Positions 42,622 through 58,379 of a DNA stretch of 64,000 bases are shown here, piece by piece (position 1 is the stretch's first letter; each line of letters opens with the position of its first letter). The position numbers were made by a program, and so were the translations under genes. Source of the DNA: Octopus sinensis (taxonomy: Eukaryota); contig NC_043021.1 of assembly GCF_006345805.1 (NCBI RefSeq), positions 28,582,001-28,646,000 of the forward strand, given 5' to 3'. The notes beneath the pieces are model-generated. The model searched no databases, was not told the DNA's origin, and saw only the letters and a program-made list of their open reading frames with translations.

Positions 42622-42997
42622 AGCACAAACACTCACACACACACATATAAGCACTTAGAAACAGACAGTACACACACTCGCACTCACATTTTTACACAAA
42701 AACAAACAATCACTCAATATATGTCGTTCTCGAAATCAAATCTCAGAATGAAAAATGAAAATTTCATTATCAATTATTAATAAAACTGCGTGAAATTGTT
42801 TTAAAAAATGCTGTGCACTCTTACAGATTGTTGAACGTGTGTGCGTATGTGCGCATGTGCGTGTGCGTGTGCGTGAGTGTACAAAAAGAGGAAAATGCAT
42901 ACAAACTACATACACAACACATATATACTTACATACATATAAACATATATATATACATATATATGCATATATATATATATATATGTATGTATGTATG

Positions 42998-43032
<35 letters not shown>

Positions 43033-43151
43033 GTATATACATACATATATATATATATTATATGTATATATATATATATGTATGTATATATATGTAATAT
43101 ATATATGTATATATATATATGTATGTATGTATGTATGTATATATATATATA

Positions 43152-43187
<36 letters not shown>

Positions 43188-43769
43188 GTAGATGTATGTA
43201 TGTATATGTATATATATCTTCTCATGTGCACCACGGATACGGACTTTTCACATAGATAACTGTCTTAAAAAGTTAAGTATCGATCAAAAGACATTAGCAT
43301 TATTGAACACCTATAGAAATACGTTTTCCATGATTTAATTTTTTTTTGCACATTTATTATTCTCCTCATATTTGTATGATTTTTTTTTTGTATTTATTTG
43401 TTACTATTTAAAAGGATATTCATTAATCACCCCCTCATCCTCATCACTAACCCTAGAAGTAACAACGACGACGATCTCTTCGACAATAGCGCACCTTTTC
43501 CTTTATGTTTTCGGGTGTTTTTGTTTACAATGTTTCCTTGAATCTCTCTCCCTTTCCTCTCTCTTTTTCTCTTCCTTTCAATGTCTCACTTTCTCCCCCC
43601 CCTCTCTCTCTTGGCTGTCTTTACCTCTTCGCTTCTTGATGTTCCTTTCAATATGTCTCCCTCTTTCACCTGCACGCTTTTATTATCTCTGTATTTCTCC
43701 CCCTCTCTCTGTCTCTCTGTATTTCACCTCTTTCTCTCTCTCTCACACACACGCACTCACTCTTTTTCA

Positions 43770-43801
<32 letters not shown>

Positions 43802-43916
43802 GCTTCTGGATGTTTTCATAACTCTCCCTCTTTCACTTACATGTTTTCATTCTGTCTGTCTCTCTTTATCTCTCTCTCTCTCATTCACTCTATATATCTG
43901 CCTGTCTATCTATCTG

Positions 43917-43951
<35 letters not shown>

Positions 43952-44560
43952 GACTGTATATTGCACTCACTCCCTTTTCCTTATGGCGCCTAGATGTTTC
44001 TTTTCATCTCTCTCCCTCTTTCACCTACACGCTTTCATTTCTTCTCTCTCTTTTTTATTTATTTTCCTTCCTCTCCTTCTCCCTCTCTGTCTTTTGCCCA
44101 CTGTATCTCTCCCCTACTCTCTTTCTCCCTTTCACTGTTTCCTGATGTTTCTTTTCATTCTCTATCACGCTCTCCATTTCTCCCTCCTCTCTCTTTCTCT
44201 CTCTCTCTCTCTCGCTCTCCTTGTTTCATTCTATAAAAAAATAATCAATTCTTCTCTCATTTCATTCCGTCTCATTCTCTTCCTCCACCTCTTCACAGAC
44301 TCTCACTTGTCGCCTACACTTCTCCAAGTTTATATGTATGTCTAATCCATATACCTGTGTGTGTGTGTGTGTTCCACTCCACTTTCTTCCTGCTGTTAAA
44401 AACTTTCCGATCGTAGCTTTTCCAATTTTAATCATTATCCCGCTGGTTCTTCCTTTACATTTTGTCAGTTCGAAAATACAAAGAGTGGGTGGCAGCAGGC
44501 TTCACTCACTCTGCAACAAGAACTCTTTAAAGAGACAATTACTACTACTACTACTACTAC

Positions 44561-44597
<37 letters not shown>

Positions 44598-44689
44598 TAT
44601 TATTATTATTATTATAATGCTATTAGTAACTTTAGGGATTGCTCGCGCAGTTGCACCACTTTTTATTATTGCGCTGCGGTCATGCTTGA

Positions 44690-45267
<578 letters not shown>

Positions 45268-45814
45268 AGATTAATCAGCCGAAATTGCTAAGATGATCTG
45301 GTTCTTGACTGATGACTGAGGGCTTCGAATGTCCCGTCCTGTGGTTCTTGTGTCGTCTCTGTGGTGTTTCATGTTCTTGTCCATGTCTGTAATCATTTTT
45401 ACTTTACCTACATATATATATATATATATATATACATACATACATACATATGAATGTATGTATAATATAAGGACACTACTAACCTCACTAATATAAATGA
45501 TGCCACTAATCCGCACTAATCTCAATCAAGTACCACTTTAAATCCTAGTAATCATATCTATATTAATTACATCCCTTTCACAACTGTTTACTTCCCTTGC
45601 ATCCATTTTCTCTTAGGTATATGTTTATACCCAACACCGCTTGTTAACCGGTGTTAATTCACACTCAGTAACCATCTGTAGCGAAACCGGTTTCTCTTTT
45701 TATAAGGATATTTATACATCTTAATATAACTTCAAATCACTTGTTTGTATATACATTTGTTTTAAAAAGGAAGCCATTACATTCTTTTCTTTGTTTCTTT
45801 TTTATTTTTCACTA

Positions 45815-45847
<33 letters not shown>

Positions 45848-45861
45848 ACGCACACGCACAC

Positions 45862-45892
<31 letters not shown>

Positions 45893-46234
45893 CACATATA
45901 TATATATATATATGTACGATAGGCTTTCACAGTATCCGTCCTTTGAAATCCCACATAAGGCATTCGACCAAGGCCTTAACAACAAACACCAAAAAAAAAA
46001 AACACTAACAAAGAAACAACAATTTCTATTCGAGAGAATAAGCTGTAGAATTTCGTTCCCACCTCAACCTAGTTTCTTAAACTAAAGGACATAACACCCA
46101 GATTATATAGTTCGTTACACCAACGGCATGGTCATGGATGGAGTGCTGTTGAGTAGAGGCAAGTCTGCCCGATAGAAAAAAGACGAGGAGCTAAAAAATA
46201 CCTACTACTACTGCTACTACTGTTGCTGCTGCTT

Positions 46235-46910
46235 CATCTCGAGCGCGCTTAACTGGTGCAGCCAGTCGCTGGAGCGCCATTCTACATATTTTTGCAGTCA
46301 GCCATCACCCTTGCTCTTTGCTCTCTGCCATACGTAAGAGGGTCGCAGTGTTGTGACTTGTCCAGTCTTGGATGTTGTCGGACCAGGATTTTCTCTGTCT
46401 ACTTTCTACCCTCACCCCACCAGCACCACCTCAACTGTGCCCTGAATGATTGTTTTAGGATAAAGACTTGTGGCGGGATACATAACTGTACCAGACAAGC
46501 TTTCATCTTTTTACCTGTGCAAAGAGTGGTTTCCGTCTGCCAGTCTATTGATGACTTTTTGCCTGACCAAGCTGTTTCTTTCGTATTCTGTGTACGGAAT
46601 GTGTAGCAGCCTCCTGAAGCACATGTACTCAAAAGCCTGCATTCCTGGTTTAGTGTCATCTGAAAGAATCCAGTCCTCATACTCATACAGAATGATCGAA
46701 GCTGCCACGAATCAGTACACCCTGAACCTTGTTCTAAACTTATTCTATTGCTTGCCCACAAATTGTTCAGCTTCAGCATGACAACAAACGCCCAGCTGAG
46801 TCTCGTTTGAAGATTTGCTTTTATTGGCCAAATTGAATCCCAGGCACTTAAAGCTGTCCACTTTGTCAAGTCTTTCTCCATTCAGCATGATGCTGGTTGC
46901 TGTGTTGTAC
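46235..46910 (-). mobile_element. RTE-clade LINE 3' fragment (decayed)
   Basis: IMLNGERLDKVDSFKCLG...SIILYEYEDWIL...MQAFEYMCFRRLLHIPYTE, typical of the RTE RT C-terminus. Abuts a long (CTT)n at 46911-47065. Confidence 0.8.
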
Positions 46911-47065
46911 TCTTCTTCTTCTTCTTCTTCTTCTTCTTCTTCTTCTTCTTCTTCTTCTTCTTCTTCTTCTTCTTCTTCTTCTTCTTCTTCTTCTTCTTCT
47001 TCTTCTTCTTCTTCTTCTTCTTCTTCTTCTTCTTCTTCTTCTTCTTCTTCTTCTTCTTCTTCTTC
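46911..47065. repeat. (CTT)n microsatellite, ~52 units; representative of the very many (TA)n, (CA)n, (AAT)n, (ATAG)n and (CT)n tracts
   Basis: Direct reading of the sequence. Confidence 0.98.
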
Positions 47066-47312
47066 CAATAATAATAATAATCATTAGGCCTCACTACTTG
47101 ACTGGTACTTAATTTATCGACCCCGAAACGATGAAGGGCAAAAATTGAATACCCCCAGGTCTTTGCCTTTTGTTCTTTCAGGGTCAAAAAATTAATTACC
47201 AGTTATGTATTGAGGTCGATTTGATCGACTTTCACCCCTCCCCACAAATATCGCAGAAAGAATTATTATTATTACTAATATTATTATTATTCTATATGCC
47301 GATTATTATTAC

Positions 47313-47381
<69 letters not shown>

Positions 47382-47382
<1 letters not shown>

Positions 47383-47757
47383 TAGTTTTATTTTTATATC
47401 GTGCTTTCACTTCACTACCGAGCACAGCTCTGTGTGCCTTGGGTATGTGCTGTGATTTGTTGTGATGCTCTGATAGTTATTGTATGGAAAGTGTCTGCGT
47501 GCGTAGGATGTGTGCAGTGCCTAGTAGTGCAATTTTCTGTATGTTATATGTGTTTGTAAGTCCTGGTGTTTTTGTTATGTATTTGTCTGAAATTTTTTTA
47601 TCATGCCTAATGCACCTACTATGATAGGAATTGTTTCTGTTTTCAGATTCCACATTCTAGTTACCTCTATTTCCAGGTCTTTGTATTTTGAGAGTTTCTC
47701 CATTTCTTTTAGATACACGTTGTCATCTGCCGGTATTGATACATCAATTAGAAAGCA
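47382..47757 (-). mobile_element. R4/Dong-like non-LTR retrotransposon 3' end (restriction-like endonuclease) in (TAA)n
   Basis: LIDVSIPADDNVYLKEMEKLSKYKDLEIEVTRMWNLKTETIPIIVGALGMIK; (TTA)n on both flanks. Confidence 0.85.
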
Positions 47758-47787
47758 TTATTATTATTATTATTATTATTATTTTTA

Positions 47788-48288
47788 TTGAGTGAGAGAG
47801 CAGTACATGCACTCGAAGTGACACTAAGGAAAATATACGAAGCCCAGTATACCCATCATGACTACTCGTCTGATAAGGGTTACACCAGACACATGCATCA
47901 CAACCACATGTGCGCGATATGGTGATCTCATATCAAGATAAACAGAGCATGACCTTGCAGGTGGGACCCAGTTAGAATTTTCTGCAGGTTGAGTAGCCCA
48001 TCTCACTCAAAAGTCCCTGAATAAAGAATGTTGAATGAAACACCAATGTTCCCAGAGGTAAATTATCCAAGCGCCAAATAATCCCGCTCAACACATGGCT
48101 ATGATGCTCCCCCACTACTTCTGCTCTTGATCAGAGATGCACATATTGTCAGCCACTAAGGGACATGCTCAACTGGTTAAGGTCAAACAACTGACAAGCA
48201 AACCTGTGGTATTGAGCAGAATATTTGCTGTAGCCCATATTTTATACCAAAACAAAACAATGTACATGATAACACTTCCAGTCAGTAA
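47788..48288 (-). mobile_element. ~500 bp non-coding interspersed repeat embedded in (AAT)n; second copy at about 30480-30845 (+)
   Basis: Both copies share gagcagaagtagtgg...aaattctaactgg..cccacct.caaggtcatgc..tttatcttg...actgctctctcactcaata and end in an (AAT)n tail. Confidence 0.8.
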
Positions 48289-48344
<56 letters not shown>

Positions 48345-48405
48345 AGAATTAATAATTATTATTATTACTAATAAAAACATAAAAAATAATAATAATAATA
48401 ATAAT

Positions 48406-49025
48406 ACGCCACGATAGGGTAGGACAGTATATACATTGGAAGATATGTAAATACTACAAATTCGACACTCCTGCTAACTGGTATGAACATCATCCTCAGC
48501 CAGTTGTTGAAGGTAAGGATGTCACCATCCTCTGGGATTTTCCAGTCAACACTGACAGAACGATCAAGGCTAATCGACCAGACATAATTTTTAAAGACAG
48601 GGAAGAAAATACCTGCAGACTAATAGAGGTAAGCGTCCCCACTGATAAAAATGTATCTGTAAAGGAATTTGACAAACTTAGTAAATATAAGGACCTGGAA
48701 ATCGAAATACAAAAGATGTGGAATCTTAAAACAAAAACTGTTCCTGGTATGATAAAAAAGGGATGTCAGAAACACCTAGACAATATCCCTGGAGAACCAT
48801 GTCTCAAGGAAATCCAAAAGATTGTGCTAACAAATACTGCCCACATCCTTAGAAAAACCCTATCAATGTAAATGTTTGTGTTTGTATTACATGGAGATAT
48901 TTCTCTACTTCCCCTCCCCAAGCTTTCAGCTATATTTCAACAACTCTTAACCTTCACTTGCCCTAGGGCGCTGGGTGTGCCCCGGCAGGTGATTGCATCA
49001 AACATGCAGATTAAAAGTAAATGAC
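48406..49025 (+). mobile_element. R4/Dong-like non-LTR retrotransposon 3' end, second subfamily
   Basis: RHDRVGQYIHWKICK...WYEHHPQPVVEGKDVTILWDFPVNTDRTIKANRPDII...LIEVSVPTDKNVSVKEFDKLSKYKDLEIEIQKMW (RH..., PD-(D/E)xK endonuclease); (TAA)n on both flanks. Confidence 0.9.
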
Positions 49026-49496
49026 AATGATAATAATAATAACAAAAATAATAATCATCCTTTCTACAATAGGCCCAAGGTCTGGCATTTTGGGCATGAG
49101 GTCTAGTAGATTATATTGACCCCAGTGCTGAACTGGTACTTTATTTCATCGACCCCGGAAGAATGAAAGACAAAGTAAACCTTGGCGGAATTTGAACTCA
49201 GAAAGTCAAGGCAGACGAAATGCCACTAAGCAGACGGAAACTGAAAGAGGTCCGTCGTATATATGTTTATGTGTGTGTGTGTGTGTGTGTCTGCGTTTTC
49301 CCTGCTAACCATCGCTTGACAACCGATGCTGCTGTGTTTACGTCCCCATAACTTAGCGGTTCGGCAAAATAACAGATAGAATAATTACTAGGCTTTCAAA
49401 GACTAAGTCAGGGGTCGAGCACCTTTAAGGCGGTGCTCCAGCGTGGCTTCGGTCAAATGAATGAAACAAGTGGAAGACTAAAAGAAAATATATATT

Positions 49497-49548
<52 letters not shown>

Positions 49549-49594
49549 GACAGAGACAGAGAGAGAGAGACAGACAAGACAGACAGATACAGAA

Positions 49595-49985
49595 TGAGCT
49601 GGCAGAATGGTTAGCACGCCGGACGAAATGCTTAGCGGTATTTCGTCTGCCGTTACGTTCTCAGTTCCAATTTCGCCAAGGTCCACTTTGCCTTTCATCC
49701 TTTCGGGGTTGATAAATTAAGTACCTGTTACGCACTGGGGTCGATATAATCGGCTTAATCCGTTTGTCTGTCCTTGTTTGTCTCCTCTGGGTTTAGCCTC
49801 TTGTCGGTAATAAAGAAATAGGTATTTCGTCTGTCTTAACGTTCTCAGTTCCAATTTTGTCGAGGTCGACATTGCCTTTCATCTTTCGGGGTCAATAAAT
49901 TAAGTACCAGCTGCGTACTGGGGTCGATCTGATCGACTGGGCCCCTCCCCATAATTTTCGGGCCTTGTGCTTAGAGTAGAAAAGA
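49595..49985 (+). mobile_element. SINE family B (GCTGGCAGAA...TTCAAATTCCGCCGAGGTCGACTTTGCCTTTCATCCTTTCGGGG), internally duplicated copy
   Basis: Same motifs recur at about 2310-2510(-), 3195-3390, 4855-4960(-), 7375-7570(-), 22840-23020(-), 28630-28840, 47085-47260, 49055-49230(-) and 55140-55345. Confidence 0.8.
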
Positions 49986-50074
49986 ATATATATATACATA
50001 ATGTACATATATCATACATATGCATATATATACATATGCGTGTACATATAGTTACATATATTTATAAACATAAG

Positions 50075-50092
<18 letters not shown>

Positions 50093-50109
<17 letters not shown>

Positions 50110-50939
50110 TGTGTGTGTGTGTGTGTTGTGTGTGTGTGTGTGTTTATGTGTATCTATATGCACTTATATAAATATATATCTGTGTGTACATATATGCATA
50201 CATTCGTAAGTACATAAAGGCAAACATGATTCAATATGAATTATTTTTTTATCATTTTAAAAATACGTGACCCATTAAACTAAAAGGTATTTTTTAGTTC
50301 ATATTTGCACTACTAATAAAGCAACAAAATTTATATCGACTTTTTACTTAAATAATCCTATCACTACTGAATATCGTTTTGACTTACATCCGATTTTCTG
50401 TGTGTTCTTACAAGTCTTAGGTACGTTTATATATATTTAAAAGCAGTAACTTCCTCAAAATCTAACTAATTGAATAGGTTCTTCACTGAATCGAGTAGCA
50501 TTTGTTTCATTTTTATATTTAACCTCTGATGTATTTTTCTCGTATGAGACATTAACCCTGCCAAGGTTTTATAGAGAAATCCACTCATAAAACCTGAATA
50601 CATGTTTGTCCTACGCAACGGCTGGCATGGTAGTTCGCGACCTTGTCTTTGCTCTCATCTGCTTAAGATGATAAAGACGGTCGAAGTACTTTATGGCTTT
50701 ATAACAAGCTAGCTTCCATTCTTTGCGATTCATTGCTGTGTTTTTTTAAAATGGTTCTGGAGACATCTTTATCATTTTCTGGGCAGCTTTGTGCTTATGC
50801 TGATATCTTAGTCGTGATTTTCCTGTGCTTTTCTTCATCATGCACTTAGCTATACACATGGGCTTCTGGAATACACTTGTCACTCATTCTAGCAGCATGA
50901 CCATCCATATAGGCCTGCATTCGAGTGTGTGTGTGTGTG

Positions 50940-50973
<34 letters not shown>

Positions 50974-51748
50974 ATGTGTATCTATATGCACTTATATAAA
51001 TATATATCTGTGTGTACATATATGCATACATTCGTAAGTACATAAAGGCAAACATGATTCAATATGAATTATTTTTTTATCATTTTAAAAATACGTGACC
51101 CATTAAACTAAAAGGTATTTTTTAGTTCATATTTGCACTACTAATAAAGCAACAAAATTTATATCGACTTTTTACTTAAATAATCCTATCACTACTGAAT
51201 ATCGTTTTGACTTACATCCGATTTTCTGTGTGTTCTTACAAGTCTTAGGTACGTTTATATATATTTAAAAGCAGTAACTTCCTCAAAATCTAACTAATTG
51301 AATAGGTTCTTCACTGAATCGAGTAGCATTTGTTTCATTTTTATATTTAACCATTGATGTATTTTTCTCGTATGAGACATTAACCCTGCCAAGGTTTTAT
51401 AGAGAAATCCACTCATAAAACCTGAATACATGTTTGTCCTACGCAACGGCTGGCATGGTAGTTCGCGACCTTGTCTTTGCTCTCATCTGCTTAAGATGAT
51501 AAAGACGGTCGAAGTACTTTATGGCTTTATAACAAGCTAGCTTCCATTCTTTGCGATTCATTGCTGTGTTTTTAAAATGGTTCTGGAGACATCTTTATCA
51601 TTTTCTGGGCAGCTTTGTGCTTATGCTGATATCTTAGTCGTGATTTTCCTGTGCTTTTCTTCATCATGCACTTAGCTATACACATGGGCTTCTGGAATAC
51701 ACTTGTCACTCATTCTAGCAGCATGACCATCCATATAGGCCTGCATTC

Positions 51749-51782
<34 letters not shown>
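50093..51782. repeat. Near-identical ~830 bp tandem duplication bounded by (GT)n; each unit contains a decayed RTE-like fragment
   Basis: 50141-50923 matches 50969-51750 with few differences (aacctctgatg vs aaccattgatg, one T-run length). The minus strand contains GHAARMSDKCIP. Confidence 0.9.
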
Positions 51783-51787
<5 letters not shown>

Positions 51788-52103
51788 ATATAAAATGAAA
51801 TTACATTAAATTGAAATATTATTAAGCACGAAACGTTTGACCGCCATGGATCGATCTTAACACCAACCAAATATATTTCTAAGAAATCCCATTTCTCTTT
51901 TCAGTCGTTGTTTTTGTTGTTGTTGTTGTTGCTGTTGTTGTCTTCGTCGATTTTGTTGCTGTAGTTGTTGTCGTTGCAACCGTCTTTTTCATTGGTATTG
52001 TTGTTTGTACCATTTTAGCAATAAGCGGTTAGAGCTATAAATCCATATTTTTTCATACTTCGGACATGTTATTGTCCAATGTATTTGAGACAGCTGGTAC
52101 GAA

Positions 52104-53378
<1,275 letters not shown>

Positions 53379-53400
53379 CAGATAGATAGATAGATAGATA

Positions 53401-53443
<43 letters not shown>

Positions 53444-53459
53444 GATTGATTGATTGATT

Positions 53460-53530
<71 letters not shown>

Positions 53531-53531
<1 letters not shown>

Positions 53532-54829
53532 TGTTTCTTTATTAGCCACACAGGGCTGCACACAGACAGGACAAATTACAAGGTAGAGCTTTTCTTTTGG
53601 GGGTAAAAAAAGGGGGTTTGGTTTTCGATCAAAAGGGATCGTAAAGGGAAAGAAATAGGACAAAAAAAGGGGGGAATAAAATTTTTAAAAAAGGGAAAGA
53701 AAAAAAAATTGATCAATGGGGATCGTTATCACAGAAATGTCAATATGAAGTGTAAAGGGGAGGACAGGTGAGGTTTACCCGTGGAAAGAAAAGCCTACGG
53801 AAAAGACCACGGTAACTTCGGTCAATGAAGTCACATGTTATATTTCTTTTTTTTTTTTGCAAATAAGCAACTCTCTGTATTAATTTTTATGGTTCATAGA
53901 ATCATAGTCAAGGTGGCTTCGTCATTCATACGTGCCATCCTTGCAACATTCACCCATCTTTTTTTAAAACATTCACTAGACAAAACTTGCCTCTCTACTC
54001 TCACTTTCTTCTTCAAGTGATACTTGAAGAAGTTGATGAGAGATTGACCAGAGAGGAAAGTGTTTGTCTCCAATCCTTTCAGACGCGTCCACCAGATACA
54101 TTCTTTCGCCATAGCCACAAGTATGATGAAAATAGCTCTTCCTTCCCGTTTGAAGGAAGAAGGCGTGACAATATTGACGATAGACTCAGCTGATAAACCG
54201 ACTCGGCCCACACGTAACAGCAGTTGATCGACATAAGCCCACAGGTCGGAAATTGTTGGACACTGCACCAGTGCGTGCAGAACGGTTTCGTCGCTCTGAC
54301 CGCATCTCGGGCAGGTCGGCCCCGTGTTTCTCGAGCCGTGTCTGTAGAGCTTATCCCGAACGGGTAGCGCTTCTCGGTAGCACTGCCAGGCCAGGGATCT
54401 CTGGAAGTTGTCCATGGGCCCTGGCCCGAAAGTCGTCCCGAACAGGCGGGTCAAGTATTCCTCGTCGACGTCCAGGTTCGCCCCGAGATCGTCGTCGTAC
54501 CTCCCCTCCACTAATCCCCTATAGAATGCTTTGGTTGTGATGGAGTCACTCAAGGTTGACCCAGGACGGCAGAGTTGCTTGAGAGCAACGCGACACTCGC
54601 GGTGCCATTCGCCCTTCCTCGGCCTCTTTTTGATCCACGATTGCAGTTCGGTCATGGAGACGAGCTACGAGAAAGCGTGCCTCACAAACGGCGACCACAC
54701 CTGTTCACCGTCGTCTACGAAGAGCCTGAGATATCGCAGTCTCAGCGCGTGTCTGCGCATCATCAACCACGGCATGCCCAGTCCTCATTTTAACGGGTGT
54801 TGACAGCAAATGGATCGCCTGATCCACTT
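53531..54829 (-). mobile_element. Tx1/L1-like LINE 3' fragment (ORF2 C-terminus, zf-RVT CCHC), in (ATAG)n
   Basis: Open frame 54655-53894 with LAWQCYREALPVRDKL...CPRCGQSDETVLHALVQCP..LW...AKECIWWTR; AATAAA just before the (TATC)n tail. Confidence 0.92.
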
Positions 54830-54872
54830 GATAGATAGATCGATAGATAGATAGATAGATAGATAGATAGAG

Positions 54873-54915
<43 letters not shown>

Positions 54916-54916
54916 G

Positions 54917-54959
<43 letters not shown>

Positions 54960-54974
54960 GATAGATAGATAGAG

Positions 54975-55089
<115 letters not shown>

Positions 55090-58000
55090 CAGTAGCTGGA
55101 AGCAACGCTTGTTTGGAGACGATATCTTTCAGCGTTCCCATGGCAGCGAGCTGGCAGGATATTTTGCACGCCGAGCAAAATGCTTAGCGGTATATCTTTA
55201 CGTTTTAAGTTCACATTCCACTAAAATCAACTTTGCCCTTCATCCTTTCAGGGTCGACGAAATGAGTAGCTGTTGTGGAGTGGGGACGATGTAATCGATC
55301 TACACTCTCCCACTGAAACTGCTGGTCTTATGTCGAAATTTGGAACCGAGAATTATCAGCCTTCTCACAAGGACCGCTTATGCAAATATTGCCGCTGTAC
55401 GTTCGTTGTTACTGTTACCATTTTTGTTGTTTTGTCTTTTCCTAGGCGTGAGTAGTCAGGTTTCGTGGCGTAAATAATGGAAATAGTTACAGCCAAGAAT
55501 CGAAACCTGATCGTAGTCTCTTCTCTTCAGGGTGTTGCATCTAAACGAACTGTACGCTGATTGGTCGTCTTTAGATATGTGGGTTTCTGAGTCGACAAAT
55601 TTCATTTATTCATTCATTTACGGTTTGTTCTGCTCGTGTTCTTTTTTCTTTTGTTGACATTTTTTCTGCGACTGAAAGAAATAATCAATTTTATTGATCA
55701 CCACTTCCTTGCAATCAAGTTTGTGTTTTATCGATTATGGAAGGCTCATATATAAGACAAAGCTATCTTCAATGGAAATGTAAAACTAGAAACAGAGAAA
55801 TACAAAATACAAAACACTACACTGCACTTAGTCAATGATTCTACCTCCAACTACTTCGATCAAACGTCAGCTTTTATTCGTCATTGGCCTCGTATTGTTT
55901 AGAGGTAATTGATGAAATATCCGATAAGTTTTAATAACAACACCCAACATTTAATGCTTCGATTAATTCAAGGCCAAATTTGCCTCTTAAACATTACATT
56001 CAAATATATATAGTAAGTAAGAGAAGCTTCAATGTCTTCTTACTCGATTTATTTTTAAGGTAAGACGTAGTAAATACGAGTTTCTTACAATCTGTCTCTT
56101 CAAATAGTTGTAAAATGGCTGCTCTGTTTGAAATATCACAACGATATTAGAAACAGGAAGAGCATACAGCGAATCGCCATTGTCTCATTTCAGCTTTTCG
56201 CTATTTCTTGTTCATCTTATTCTTCTTGATCTGTCAATTTGTTTGTTTATTGCTTACTTTCACTTTGTTTTATAATTTTTACTTATTATTCTGTCTTTAG
56301 AAAATGTGTGGTTTGTTTAGGTGTTTGTTATTTTTTTTTTATTCGACAAAACAAACGATTTCTTTACAAAACAAAACATTATTTCATGTATTTAAAATTT
56401 GGAGAATTTCCATACTTTGTCTTTTTTCTTTCTTTCATCATTTTTTTTTTTTTTGTCAAAGTCTACTTGCTCACAGAAATAGCAAAGCAGTTGGGCTGTT
56501 TGGAAACGACAAGAAAATACAAGAAAAGACAAGACAAAACAAGAAAGTAAATGAGGAAAAAGAGAACGAAAGAAAGAATAGGAAGAAGGAAGACAACAAA
56601 AAAGGAAGAAAGAAAGAAGGAAAATGAACGACAAATAGAAGATAATGGGGAAATGGGAGGTGGTGGGCGAAATTAAAGACGATAAGTAGAAGAACTGCAA
56701 GTCGAACAGACGACAGAAAGAGTTGAGGGTTTGAATAAGTTAAGATGAAATAAGTTAGGAATCGATGTGAGACAGATGAAAAAGGTGAGTGAGAGGCATG
56801 CTAGACAATATCGTATAGGATTAAATATAGTTTGTGTTTCTTTAAAATGTCAATTTTGAAAGAATAATACGTTAGTCGATGTAAGCATAGAACTGAAGCG
56901 AGCAAAAAATTAAATTGCCAATGTCAATTGAAATTCGTAATACATATGTGTGTATGTGTCTGTCTGTCAGATACTGAGTTAGCGTTTACTCACTCTTGCG
57001 TATTCTATTAGTTAATAAACGTATAGTAAATGCACAACCGAACGGAAAAGAGACACAGAATGGCAAGTTGAAAAAAACATAGTAAATGCACAGACGAACT
57101 GAAAATAGACACAGGAAGTCCCCGACTCCTCATCAGTTATCGGCCAGAGGGTCAAACGCAATTTCGCACCTTTAACGATAATATTGTTTCCCTTCTTTGG
57201 TAATCGGTAAGAGCTGCCAGGAAATTGGACCGAGACATGACCAACCGAGAACAAACAAACAACAAATTAATAAACAAGCAATACAAAAGTCGACATACGA
57301 ACATGAATAAATGTAATTTAAGATGAGACCGTCAGTGGACGGTTGCGGGTCAAAAACGACATAAATATGCAGAATGTAGTTTTAGGGCCAGATGAAGACT
57401 AAGTACTGTTAATGCTAAGAGGGAAATCCTAAAGAGACGACGAAACGGGTGGAGACTAGAGAAATTACGACCGGTTGCTTCAGCGGCCGGCATAAAGAAA
57501 GGAAGGAAAGGAAGGAAAGGAGAAGGAGCGAATAAAAAAAGATGACTACAGGTCACGTGTCAGTAGTAGGAAGAAGAGTGTTAACGGAAATAGGAGAAAG
57601 AGAACGAGCGCACTTTTCTCTCTTCGTTTGATGAGATGCTCATGATTTACATGTCATATGTTGTAATACTACAAATTTTATATTCATTTAGGTTCATTAA
57701 TTGTACCATCAAAGTAGTGTCGAAACGCACGGAGCTAAACAAATTCAATACTATAAATTCTATTCTGCGACACAAACACACAGAAAGACACACACATATG
57801 CATACACACACATTCATATATAAATAGAAGGGAAGAGAACGCGGATGCTCTAAACTAATTAAATATAACTGTACAGATAATAGATTTCTGTTACATTCTC
57901 CCATATACATATCTATATATATGTATCAGACATTTAATCAAGATACCTTTGGCCTGACGAGTAGCCTGCGGTGTGCATACCGCAGGCTACTCGCTTCGAT

Positions 58001-58149
58001 ATTTAACACTTCCGAGTTTCCATCCGCTATGAAATATACGCAGCCCGGATCTTATTTACCACATTCCTTTAACCTTTGTATATGTATATACACACACATA
58101 TATATATGTATGTACATATATGTATATATGCATTTATATATATGCATTC

Positions 58150-58368
58150 TATGTTATTGATTGATCCCCTGTGTTCCTGTTTGTCGTGTTGGTACAGAAT
58201 CGATGAGCTTTTACCTTCCTTGAGTTGTCTCCAATGTTCATTCTCTTGTGGGGGTGCCTTTACCACTATGTTGATATCATCAACATAGCGAGAGTACATG
58301 TTTACGAGTATGGAGTTCTGTGTTAGGCGTTCTTTAAGCCTTCTGTCCCACCATACCATGAAAGGCCA
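58150..58368 (-). mobile_element. Internally deleted chimeric copy of the adjacent PLE (RT piece fused to endonuclease piece)
   Basis: 58243-58365 copies 60073-60196, and 58150-58240 copies about 59120-59215. Confidence 0.85.
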
Positions 58369-58379
58369 ATAAAAACACA

